In this document: positions 28,687-38,375 of the stretch, piece after piece
Layout of the letters: each line of letters starts with the position of its first letter
Numbering within the stretch: the first letter of the stretch is position 1
NCBI GenBank assembly: GCA_963833225.1
Contig: CAWHXD010000008.1
Location: forward strand, 928,001-992,000
DNA from: an uncultured Chloroflexia bacterium
GTDB taxonomy: Bacteria; Chloroflexota; Limnocylindria; Limnocylindrales; CSP1-4
Length of the DNA: 64,000 nt
Reading direction: 5' to 3'
Notes under the pieces: model-generated
Told to the model about the DNA's origin: nothing
Database searches by the model: none
What the model saw: only the letters and a program-made list of their open reading frames with translations
Made by a program: the position numbers and the translations under genes

Positions 28687-29694
28687 ATGCCGGCTGTCAC
28701 CGTCGACGACATCACCATCCTCCCCCGCCTCCCGATGCCCGACCCTCTCGTCGCCCGCCAGCGTCCCGTGCGCGCCCTGACGACCGCGCCGCGGGGCTTC
28801 GAGGGCGAGGGATTCCCGGTCCGCCGCGCGTTCGCCGGCGCCCTCCTCGAGGACCTGGACCCGTTCATCCACCTCGACCAGATGGGCGAGGTGGAGTACG
28901 CGCCGGGCGAGGCCAAGGGCACGCCGTGGCACCCGCACCGCGGCTTCGAGACCGTCACCTACATGCTCGACGGCGTGTTCGAGCACGCCGACAGCAACGG
29001 CGGTGGGGGCGTGATCACGAACGGGGATACGCAGTGGATGACCGCCGGGGCGGGAATCCTCCACATCGAGAAGCCGCCGGAGTGGCTGGTCGCCCAGGGC
29101 GGCCTGTTCCACGGGTTCCAGCTGTGGGTCAACCTGCCGCGCGACCAGAAGCTCGCCGCCCCGCGCTACCAGGACATCCGCGCCAGCCAGGTCGAGCTGC
29201 TCGCGTCGCATGACGGCGGCACGCTGATCCGGGTGATCGCGGGCGACGTGGCCGGCCACGCGGGCCCAGGCTCCACCTACACGCCGATGACCCTGGTCCA
29301 CCTGACGCTGGCCCCGGGCGCGTCCGTGTCCCTGCCGTGGCGCGCGGACTACAACGCGCTGGGCTACGTGCTGGCCGGCCGGGGCACCGTGGGCGCCGAG
29401 GGCCGCCCGGCGCAGCTGGGTCAGCTGGCGGTCTTCGGACCCGGCAACACGCTGACCTTCGCCGCCGATGCGGTCCAGGAGAGCCGCGCACCCAACCTTG
29501 ACGTGCTCGTCCTTGGCGGCCGACCGATCCGGGAGCCGGTGGCGTGGGCGGGCCCGTTCGTGATGAACACGCGCGAGGAGGTCATGCAGGCGTTCGAGGA
29601 CTACCAGGCAGGTCGCCTCGGCCAGATCCCGGCCGTCCACAACGCTCCGACGACGATCCAGGAATCCGCCCCGCCGACGCCGACAGACGCCTGA
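28687..29694 (+). CDS. Pirin family protein
   Basis: DPFIHLD, HPHRGFETVTY, QWMTAGAGILHIE, QLWVNLP, GPFVMN. Confidence 0.95.
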   Translation: MPAVTVDDITILPRLPMPDPLVARQRPVRALTTAPRGFEGEGFPVRRAFAGALLEDLDPFIHLDQMGEVEYAPGEAKGTPWHPHRGFETVTYMLDGVFEHADSNGGGGVITNGDTQWMTAGAGILHIEKPPEWLVAQGGLFHGFQLWVNLPRDQKLAAPRYQDIRASQVELLASHDGGTLIRVIAGDVAGHAGPGSTYTPMTLVHLTLAPGASVSLPWRADYNALGYVLAGRGTVGAEGRPAQLGQLAVFGPGNTLTFAADAVQESRAPNLDVLVLGGRPIREPVAWAGPFVMNTREEVMQAFEDYQAGRLGQIPAVHNAPTTIQESAPPTPTDA

Positions 29695-29733
29695 GCGGAC
29701 CGCGAGGGCGCCGGGCCGTCAGGCCCGAGCCGG

Positions 29734-30315
29734 CTATCCCGCCAGGTCGAGCCGGCGGCGGTGATAGCGCTCCATGAGCGCCTCTACCGCCTCGCGCGCC
29801 CCACGCCACTCCTCCTGGTCACCCATCACCTGGGCACCGGGGCCCCAGCGCTGGACCTGGGTCATCGCCGTCACGATGGAGTTGTGCAGGGCGAGCCGGT
29901 TGCGACCGGCGTCCACGATCCCCGTCACCAGGTAGCGGCGCACGAGGTCATACGGCGCGTGCCACCGCCCGATCCTGATCCGGTCGTGGCTGCGGAGCGT
30001 CTCCAGCCAGGCGTCGTCGCCCACGGGGAAGCGATCGTGCTCGGCCGCGTGGGCATTGATGTCGAGACGGCGGTCGCTTCGTGCCAGCGAGGCAAACCGC
30101 CCGTCCGGATCCGCCTCGCGATAGCAGATCGGGCACTCAACCAGTCGGGCGTGCGCCGGGGGCGGTTCGCCGAAGGGCAGACCACAGCGACGGCACAGGC
30201 GGGCACCCGCACGGGTGGCCACGGCGCCGCACTGCAGGCAGGTGGATGTCGAGGCGGGAGAAGCGAACGGCACGAGGAACTCCAGCGTGCGCCGCGCCAC
30301 GCGCGGCGGTGTCAC
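29734..30315 (-). CDS. Hypothetical protein with N-terminal zinc ribbon and C2H2-like motif
   Basis: CLQC...CRRCG, then CPIC...HAAEH. Confidence 0.6.
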   Translation of the reverse strand: MTPPRVARRTLEFLVPFASPASTSTCLQCGAVATRAGARLCRRCGLPFGEPPPAHARLVECPICYREADPDGRFASLARSDRRLDINAHAAEHDRFPVGDDAWLETLRSHDRIRIGRWHAPYDLVRRYLVTGIVDAGRNRLALHNSIVTAMTQVQRWGPGAQVMGDQEEWRGAREAVEALMERYHRRRLDLAG

Positions 30316-30410
30316 CTATCCTGCGCGCCGGCCGGGCCGCTTGCGAGCGGGCAACAGGTCCCGGTCCGCGCAGCCAAAAGGGGCATCGGCGCCTGTGAAG
30401 TCCTTTCGGT

Positions 30411-30592
30411 TCGCGGGGTGACTCCCCGGGTCGCGGGGTGACCCGCCGGTGACTCACCAGGTCGCGGGGTGACCCGGGGGTCGAAATGTGACTACCCGAA
30501 CGACACCCGGATCGCAATGAGACTCCCCGTCAACACCCTGGTCGCAACGAGCCCCCCCGTTCACACCCGAATCGCAACGAGACTCCCCGTCA
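30411..30592. repeat. Imperfect intergenic repeats (3x TCGCGGGGTGAC, then 3x 30-bp unit)
   Basis: 30-bp units at 30503, 30533 and 30563 (ACACCCGGATCGCAATGAGACTCCCCGTCA-like). Confidence 0.8.
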
Positions 30593-30730
30593 ACGAATTG
30601 GGGCTGAACGGGCCGGCGGGCCGCGCCACGAAGTGACACCGTGACGCGCGGTCACGTTTCGGGCCCCACGGGGGCCTTCGGGGACCGTACGCGATCGCTC
30701 GTGCGGGAAACCGTGACGCTCCGTCAGGTT

Positions 30731-30898
30731 GGAGCGGCGCGCGTCAGGAGCGGCGGCGCGCGCGTCAGGAGCGGCGCCAGTCAACGGGCACCTGCGTCTG
30801 GGGCGCCCGCGTCAGGAGCGGCGCGCGCGTCAGGTTTCAGCTGCGCGCGTCAGCGGCGCGCATCATGAGCGGCGCGCGTCAGCAGCGGCGCGCGTCAG
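30731..30898. repeat. Imperfect short repeat array (GGAGCGGCGCGCGTCAG-like, about 7 copies) downstream of pgm
   Basis: Recurrent GCGCGTCAG core seen directly. Confidence 0.75.
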
Positions 30899-30912
30899 AC
30901 TCGGCCCCACTG

Positions 30913-32556
30913 TCAGACGGCCGCGTCCACGATCGCGCGGGCCTCTTCCAGGATCCGGGCCAGGTGCTCGTCGCCCCGGAACGATTCCGCGTACAGCTTG
31001 GTCACGTTCTCGGTGCCCGACGGGCGAGCCGCGAACCAGCCCTGATCGGTGGTGACCTTGAGGCCGCCGATGGACGCCCCGTTGCCGGGCGCCCTCGTGA
31101 GCTTCGCGGTGATCGGGTCGCCGGCCAGCGTCGTCGCCGTCACGGCGTCGGGTGAGAGACGACCGAGGGCGGCCTTGACCTCGGGCGTCGCGGGCGCATC
31201 GACGCGCCGGTACGCGGGCGCCCCGAACTGGTCCGTGAGCCCCGCGTAGACCTCGGACGGGTTCTTGCCCGTCCTCGCCGTCAGCTCCGCGGCCAGCAGG
31301 CAGGCGATGAGGCCGTCCTTGTCGGTCGTCCACACAGTGCCGTCCCGGCGCAGGAACGACGCCCCGGCACTCTCTTCGCCGCCAAAGCCGACCGAGCCGT
31401 CGACCAGCCCGTCGACGAACCACTTGAAGCCCACCGGGACCTCGAGCAGCCGTCGGCCCAGCGACGCGGTCACCCGGTCGATGATCGAGGACGAGACGAG
31501 CGTCTTGCCCACCACCACGTCCGCGCCCCACTCGCGGCCACCGCCGAACAGGTAGGAGATCATCGCCGCCAGGACGTGGTTGGGGTTCATCAGCCCGGCA
31601 CCGGGCACCACGACGCCGTGGCGGTCTGCGTCGGCATCGTTGCCGAGGGCCAGGTCGAACCGGTCGCGCAGCTCCACCAGCCGGGCCATCGCGAATGGCG
31701 ACGACGGGTCCATCCGGATCTTGCCGTCCCAGTCGAGGGTCATGAACGCGAAGGCGGGGTCCACGGTCTCGTTGGTGACGGTGAGGTCCAGGCCGTAGCG
31801 CTCGCCGATCATGCCCCAGTACCCGACCGCCGCCCCGCCGAGCGGATCCACGCCAAGCCGCAGGCCGGACGCGCGGATGGCCTCAAGGTCGATGACGTTC
31901 GGGAGATCGCCGACATACACGCCGCGGAAGTCGTACTCGCCGGCCTGGGCACGAGCCCGGTCGAACGGGACGCGCCGGATGCGGTTGAGCCCCTCGGCTC
32001 CCGACGCCTCCAGGATCCGGTTTGCCTCGTCCTGGATCTGTCGCGTGACGTCGGTGTCGGCCGGGCCACCGTTGGGCGGGTTGTACTTGAAGCCGCCGTC
32101 GTCGGGCGGGTTGTGCGACGGCGTGACCACGATCCCGTCCGCCAGGCCGCCGGACCGGCCACGATTGGCGACAAGGATCGCGTGCGACACGGCTGGGGTG
32201 GGGGTGAACCCGTCCTCCGAGTCGACCCGCACGTCCACGCCGCTGGCTGCAAGGACCTCGAGCGCCGTCTGCCACGCGGGTTCGGACAGCGCATGCGTGT
32301 CGCGACCGATGAACAGCGGACCCGTGTACCCCTGCCGGGCGCGGTACCGGCAGATCGCCTCGGTGGTGGCCAGGATGTGCGCCTCGTTGAACGCGGCCCG
32401 GAAGGCCGATCCGCGGTGCCCGGACGTCCCGAATGCCACCCGCTGGGCGGCGACGGTCGGATCGGGCTGGATCTCGAAGTACGCGCGCAGGAGCGCGGGG
32501 ATGTCCACGAGATCGGCGGGGAGCGCGGGCTGGCCGGCGCGCGGGTGCTGGCTCAT
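30913..32556 (-). CDS. pgm: Phosphoglucomutase (alpha-D-glucose phosphate-specific)
   Basis: [42 protein letters not shown]. Confidence 0.97.
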   Translation of the reverse strand: MSQHPRAGQPALPADLVDIPALLRAYFEIQPDPTVAAQRVAFGTSGHRGSAFRAAFNEAHILATTEAICRYRARQGYTGPLFIGRDTHALSEPAWQTALEVLAASGVDVRVDSEDGFTPTPAVSHAILVANRGRSGGLADGIVVTPSHNPPDDGGFKYNPPNGGPADTDVTRQIQDEANRILEASGAEGLNRIRRVPFDRARAQAGEYDFRGVYVGDLPNVIDLEAIRASGLRLGVDPLGGAAVGYWGMIGERYGLDLTVTNETVDPAFAFMTLDWDGKIRMDPSSPFAMARLVELRDRFDLALGNDADADRHGVVVPGAGLMNPNHVLAAMISYLFGGGREWGADVVVGKTLVSSSIIDRVTASLGRRLLEVPVGFKWFVDGLVDGSVGFGGEESAGASFLRRDGTVWTTDKDGLIACLLAAELTARTGKNPSEVYAGLTDQFGAPAYRRVDAPATPEVKAALGRLSPDAVTATTLAGDPITAKLTRAPGNGASIGGLKVTTDQGWFAARPSGTENVTKLYAESFRGDEHLARILEEARAIVDAAV

Positions 32557-32783
32557 CGGGAACCTCGAGATGTGGCGGTGCGGGGGTCAAACCCACGATA
32601 CCCGCCCGCGCGACAGGCACGACCTGGCATTCCCGCGCCGGGACAGGGCATTCCCGCGACCGCCCGATTCGGTTACCATGCCCGTAGCCCGAGCCAGCAC
32701 CTCGTACGGGGCTCGTCCGAGTCCGTCAACCCTGACGGCCGGATACAGGAGCCCGCGATGACCTGGACGGGATGGAGGTCAGC

Positions 32784-33890
<1,107 letters not shown>

Positions 33891-33966
33891 CCGAATCGTT
33901 CCAACCCAGCATGTCGGCCGGCTCGACCCCTCGGGTGAGCCGGCCGTTCCGCGTCCCCGAGCCGGC

Positions 33967-34641
33967 ATGAGCCGGACCGAGTCAGCGCCGTCGGACCCGC
34001 CGGGCGATGGCCAGGCCCCGCTGGCCCATGGAGACGCCCCGCCGGCCTATGGCGACGACCCGCTCGAGGAGCACGTCGTGGGGCGGCAGCTGATCCACCA
34101 GGGGCGGTATCTCGAGTTTCGCGTGGACACGATCCGTCGCGCCGACGGGTCGGGCGGCACCCGTGACGTCGTGGGTCACCCAGGGGCGGTCGCCGTCCTC
34201 GCGGTCGACGACGACGGGCGCGTCCTTCTCGTCCGCCAGTGGCGGATCCCGGCCGAACGGGCCATGCTCGAGATCCCGGCCGGGACGCTCGACCTGCACG
34301 ACGGTGTGATCGAGGACCCAGACCTCGCGGCACGGCGCGAGCTGGAGGAGGAGACCGGGCATCGAGCCGCCAGCTGGCGCAAGCTCACCGAGTTCTGGAC
34401 CGCCCCGGGGTTCGCGTCGGAGCTGATGCACCTGTACCTCGCCACGGGCATCGTCGGAGCCACCGGGGACGACCGGCTCGTGCCCGACGAGGACGAGCGG
34501 CTGGAGCTCAGGCATGTCTCCATCGACGAGGCGGTCGCCATGGTCGAGCGTGGTGAGATCGCCGACGCGAAGTCAATCCTGGGCGTTCTCTGGCTGGACC
34601 GGCTGGTCCGGGCGGGCGAGATCCCGGTGCCGCCCCGATGA
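33967..34641 (+). CDS. NUDIX hydrolase (ADP-ribose pyrophosphatase-like)
   Basis: HPGAVAV, EIPAG, ARRELEEETG, APG, DAKS. Confidence 0.9.
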   Translation: MSRTESAPSDPPGDGQAPLAHGDAPPAYGDDPLEEHVVGRQLIHQGRYLEFRVDTIRRADGSGGTRDVVGHPGAVAVLAVDDDGRVLLVRQWRIPAERAMLEIPAGTLDLHDGVIEDPDLAARRELEEETGHRAASWRKLTEFWTAPGFASELMHLYLATGIVGATGDDRLVPDEDERLELRHVSIDEAVAMVERGEIADAKSILGVLWLDRLVRAGEIPVPPR

Positions 34642-35582
34642 CGACATCGACGCCCGCTCAGGCCGCCACCCGGCAGGCGATCGAGCTGCCAGCGGGCACG
34701 CGCCTGCTCCGGGCTGCTGATGAGGCGGCGATCCGCGCGGCAGCCCGTGCGGCGCACGCACGCGGCGAGCTCGAGGGCGTGAGCCACCACCTGCTCGAGG
34801 AATCGCTGGATCGCCTGATCGACGAACCGCGGCTGGTGGCGGTGGTCGAGGACCAGGGACGCGTCGCCGGCTGGGTGGCTCCCCTGCAGGACGAGCTCAC
34901 GGTGGACCTGCCGTTCCGCCGGCGTGGCCACGGCCGGCAGTTGGTCGAGGCGGGGCGGGTCCTCGCCGGACAGCTTGGGCTCCCGAGCCTGCGACTCTGG
35001 GTCCCGCGATGGCCGGGGCCCGAAGCGTTCGCCCGTGCCTGCGGCCTCCGGGAGCGCCCCCCCATCTGGCAGCTGGTCCAGGAGCGTGACACGCCGTGGA
35101 CGCCACCCGCCTTCCCGGACGATGTCATCACTCGCCGCATCCGGCCCGAAGCTGATGAGCCCGCGTTCGTGGCGCTCGTGAACGAGATCTTCCTCGACCA
35201 CCCCTGGCCATTGGTCCTCGATGCGGGAGACGTCCACCAGGTCAACGCGCAACCCGGCTTCGACCCATCGATGATCCTGCTCGTGGCGCTCGCCGGTGAT
35301 CCGAACCTCCTGGTCGGGTTCTGCCGGGTGGGGCGCTTCACGGATGACGACGGGGTCAGCGCCGGCGAGGTCAAGCTCCTTGGCGTCCGGCGCGAGGGGC
35401 GAGGTCGTGGTCTCGGCCGGGAGCTGACGCGCTGGGGCGTGGACGATCTGCGGCGGCGCGGGGTGGACCGCATCTACATCGTCGTGGAGGACCTGAACGC
35501 CGGCGCCCTCGCGATGTATGAGGACGAGGGGTTCCGCCGCCACGTCGAGTGGCCCCACTGGACGGTGCCGCTCCCGGGCTGA
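34638..35582 (+). CDS. Tandem GNAT acetyltransferase (MshD-like architecture)
   Basis: Two acetyl-CoA motifs (RRRGHG, RGRGLG), F.DHP, N..ALAMY...GF. Confidence 0.85.
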   Translation: MTTSTPAQAATRQAIELPAGTRLLRAADEAAIRAAARAAHARGELEGVSHHLLEESLDRLIDEPRLVAVVEDQGRVAGWVAPLQDELTVDLPFRRRGHGRQLVEAGRVLAGQLGLPSLRLWVPRWPGPEAFARACGLRERPPIWQLVQERDTPWTPPAFPDDVITRRIRPEADEPAFVALVNEIFLDHPWPLVLDAGDVHQVNAQPGFDPSMILLVALAGDPNLLVGFCRVGRFTDDDGVSAGEVKLLGVRREGRGRGLGRELTRWGVDDLRRRGVDRIYIVVEDLNAGALAMYEDEGFRRHVEWPHWTVPLPG

Positions 35583-35599
35583 ACCCGCCGCGCCTGCAT

Positions 35600-36034
35600 T
35601 CAGTTGCCGGACGAGGACCCCGCGCCGGGAAGGCGCGCCAGCGCGCTCCGGTAGAGGTCCGAACCGGGGGCAAGCGCAACCGCGAGCCGCAGGTGCGTCC
35701 GGGCTTCATCGTTCCGGCCAAGCCGCTTGAGGCACTGCCCGAGCGCGAAGTGCCCGTATGGCGATGACGGATCGACATCCAGCAGCGCCTCGAACGTCTC
35801 GCGCGCCGAGTCGTGCTGCGCGGAGTTGAAGTACGCGCGCCCGAGCGCCTCGAGGATGGATCCTTTGCCCGGCTCCAGGCGCGCGGCCCGCGCCAGGACC
35901 ACGGCCGCCTGCGCGTGATGGTGGCGGGCCAGCAGGCCTGAGCCGCGCTGGAGCAGCTCGTAGGCAGTCTCCGGGCTGCCGGCGGTGGGATCGGGTCGTC
36001 CCGGATCGGAGGGCGGGCTGTCGTCGGGCTCCAT
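35600..36034 (-). CDS. Tetratricopeptide repeat protein
   Basis: Repeats such as EALGRAYF and HFALGQCL..LGR..EA. ATG at 36034. Confidence 0.85.
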   Translation of the reverse strand: MEPDDSPPSDPGRPDPTAGSPETAYELLQRGSGLLARHHHAQAAVVLARAARLEPGKGSILEALGRAYFNSAQHDSARETFEALLDVDPSSPYGHFALGQCLKRLGRNDEARTHLRLAVALAPGSDLYRSALARLPGAGSSSGN

Positions 36035-36128
36035 GCCTCGATGCTGCCACGGATGCCCCGACCACGCCGGTACGATGGCCGGACGTCCGGCGCGACCCGG
36101 ACCGCCGACCATCTCCACCGGAGCCCGC

Positions 36129-37307
36129 GTGTCAATCCTCCGCCTGTCCGTCGCGCTCCTGTTCGTCCAGGCTGGCTTCCACGCCTATACGGCGACGATG
36201 CCGCTCGCGCTGGCGCGTGCCGGGACGCCCGACGCCACGGTCGGGCTGATCATGGGCGTGGCCGCGATCGTCCAGATCCCGGTGGCCATCGGGGGTGGGC
36301 GCCTGCTCGACCGGTTCGGCGGCGCCCGCCTGTTCACGGCCGGTGGCATCGCCTACCTCCTCGCAACCGGCGTCATCCTCCTGCCGGGTGTCGACATCTC
36401 GGCGTCGCTGGCCCCGTTCGTCCTGGTCCGCGTGCTCCAGGGGGCGGGGATCGCGCTCGCCTCGCCCGCGGCCCTGTCGATGGTGCCACGGCTGGTGCCG
36501 GGGGCACGCGTGGCCGCCTCGCTGTCCTATGTCGCCGCCGCCCAGAACCTCACGCTCGTCCTCGCCCCGCCGCTCTCGCTCGCGATCCTCGATGCTGCGG
36601 CGCTCGACGGCGTCGCCGCGGCGGTCGTGGGGGTCCTCATCGCCGGCATCGTCCTGGGGCAGCGCCTGCCCCTCCGCACGCCCGAGCCGTCGGCGACCGA
36701 GCTCGCCGCGGCCGGCCGCCGCTACGGGATCACGTTCCGTCGCGAATGGGCGATCCCGCTGCTGATCATCGTCACCTACGTGGCCCACTGGGGCGCCGTG
36801 ACGGCCTACCTGCCGATCCGGGCGGAGCAGGCGGGCGCGGACATCGGGCTGTACTTCGCCGCGGACGGCATCGCGATCTTCGCGATGCGGTTCCCCACGG
36901 GCTGGCTGGTGGACCGGGTCTCGTCGCGGGTCCTCATCCTGGCCGGCGCCGGGATGACGTTGGCCGCGCTCGGGCTGCTGCTGCTGCCCCTCTCCACGCC
37001 ACTCCTGGTGGTCGCGGGGCTGCTGGGTGGCGGGGGCGGGGGAATCGTCATGACGCCGGTCACCGTCGAGCTGTCGCGACGCTCCGCGGATGGGGACCGG
37101 GGCTCAGCCTTCTCCCTGTTCTCCGGCGGGATCGCGACCGCGATGACGCTGGGCAGCGTTGGCGGGGCGCCGATCGTGGCCGTGTTCGGGCTATCGGCCG
37201 CGCTCGTCGCCGGCATGGGATTGATCGCGGTCTCGATGGCACTGGCGGTCTCGGACCCCTCCCTCGCGGGCACCGGTCGTGGTCCTCGCGTCGCAGCCGC
37301 GGCTTGA
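36129..37307 (+). CDS. MFS transporter
   Basis: About 12 TM segments with GRLLDRFG and GWLVDRVS motif A. Start approximate. Confidence 0.9.
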   Translation: MSILRLSVALLFVQAGFHAYTATMPLALARAGTPDATVGLIMGVAAIVQIPVAIGGGRLLDRFGGARLFTAGGIAYLLATGVILLPGVDISASLAPFVLVRVLQGAGIALASPAALSMVPRLVPGARVAASLSYVAAAQNLTLVLAPPLSLAILDAAALDGVAAAVVGVLIAGIVLGQRLPLRTPEPSATELAAAGRRYGITFRREWAIPLLIIVTYVAHWGAVTAYLPIRAEQAGADIGLYFAADGIAIFAMRFPTGWLVDRVSSRVLILAGAGMTLAALGLLLLPLSTPLLVVAGLLGGGGGGIVMTPVTVELSRRSADGDRGSAFSLFSGGIATAMTLGSVGGAPIVAVFGLSAALVAGMGLIAVSMALAVSDPSLAGTGRGPRVAAAA

Positions 37308-37318
37308 CGGAACGACGG

Positions 37319-38341
37319 TCAGGCGTCCCGCCAGCCCGCGAGATCGATGGGCTTGAGCCGCGGGCTCTCGGTCCGCCCGGGAATCCGGCCCCGCTTGGCG
37401 ATCGGCGTGCCGTCGATCTCCTTGATGTCCCCCGTGAAGTCGATCGGGCTCGCGCCGGAGATATGCGTGCCCACGGCGAACGAGTCGACGGGCGCCCCCT
37501 GCTCCTTGAAGTGGCGGATGCGCTCGGGGTTCAGGCCGCCGGAGACAGTGATCGTGACGTGCTGGAACCCGGCCTGGTCAAGGCGCGCCCGGACCTCGGT
37601 GACCAGCGCCGCGGTCACGCGCCCGCGCTCCGACGGCGTGTCAAGGCGGATCCCGTACAGCCTGTCGCCCAGGGCGCGGGCAACCCGGAGGGCCTCCTCG
37701 GCCTCGTCCTTGAACGTGTCCACGAGGACGATCCGGGGCACGTCGGGGGGCATGTCGCGGTCGAACGCCTCGGCCGCCCGGACCGTGTCACCGAAGATCA
37801 GCACCAGCGAGTGCGGCATGGTCCCGGTGGGGTTGAGCCCGGCGAGCCTTGCGCCCGCGGGCGTCGATGCCCCGACGCAGCCGCCCACGATCGCCGCGTA
37901 GTCGAGCACATCGGTGATGTCCGGGTGCACGTGCCGCGCCCCGAACGAGATGACCGGCTGCGGTGCGGCGGCCTCCACGCACTGGCGCGCCGCGGTCGCC
38001 CAGCCCGTCGACTGGGCGAGCATGCCCAGCATGGCCGTCTCGTACAGGGCGAAGGCGCGATAGCGAGCACGAATCCGGAGGACGACCTCCTTGGGCGTGA
38101 TGAGGTCACCGTCCGCGAGCGCCTCCACGACCGCCCCGGGCTCGTCGGCCAGGACGTGGCCGATGAGGTTGGTCGCCTCGCCCATGCCGCACAGCACGGC
38201 GTCCTCGCGGCCGAAGACCTCCATCGTGACCACGGGATCGATGCCCTCGCGGTCGAGGATGCTGCTGGCCCGGGCGAAGTAGACGTCGGCGGTCGCGCCG
38301 GACAGGATCTCGTGCGACGGGCGGGTGCGGGCCAGGCCCAT
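37319..38341 (-). CDS. pncB: Nicotinate phosphoribosyltransferase (archaeal/short type)
   Basis: TADVYF, SFGARHVHP, GTMPH, LVDTF, GIRLDT, SGGL, FAVGT. Confidence 0.9.
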   Translation of the reverse strand: MGLARTRPSHEILSGATADVYFARASSILDREGIDPVVTMEVFGREDAVLCGMGEATNLIGHVLADEPGAVVEALADGDLITPKEVVLRIRARYRAFALYETAMLGMLAQSTGWATAARQCVEAAAPQPVISFGARHVHPDITDVLDYAAIVGGCVGASTPAGARLAGLNPTGTMPHSLVLIFGDTVRAAEAFDRDMPPDVPRIVLVDTFKDEAEEALRVARALGDRLYGIRLDTPSERGRVTAALVTEVRARLDQAGFQHVTITVSGGLNPERIRHFKEQGAPVDSFAVGTHISGASPIDFTGDIKEIDGTPIAKRGRIPGRTESPRLKPIDLAGWRDA

Positions 38342-38375
38342 CAGGCGACCCCCGCGGTCGAGGCGACGTTGAAGC

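Noticed and set aside
30503-30592. CRISPR array or 61-aa repeat peptide (30454-30639)
   Set aside because: The units are contiguous without unique spacers, and the ORF has no convincing start signal.
34638-35582. mshD symbol
   Set aside because: The architecture is similar, but no other mycothiol genes are in the window and the substrate cannot be inferred.
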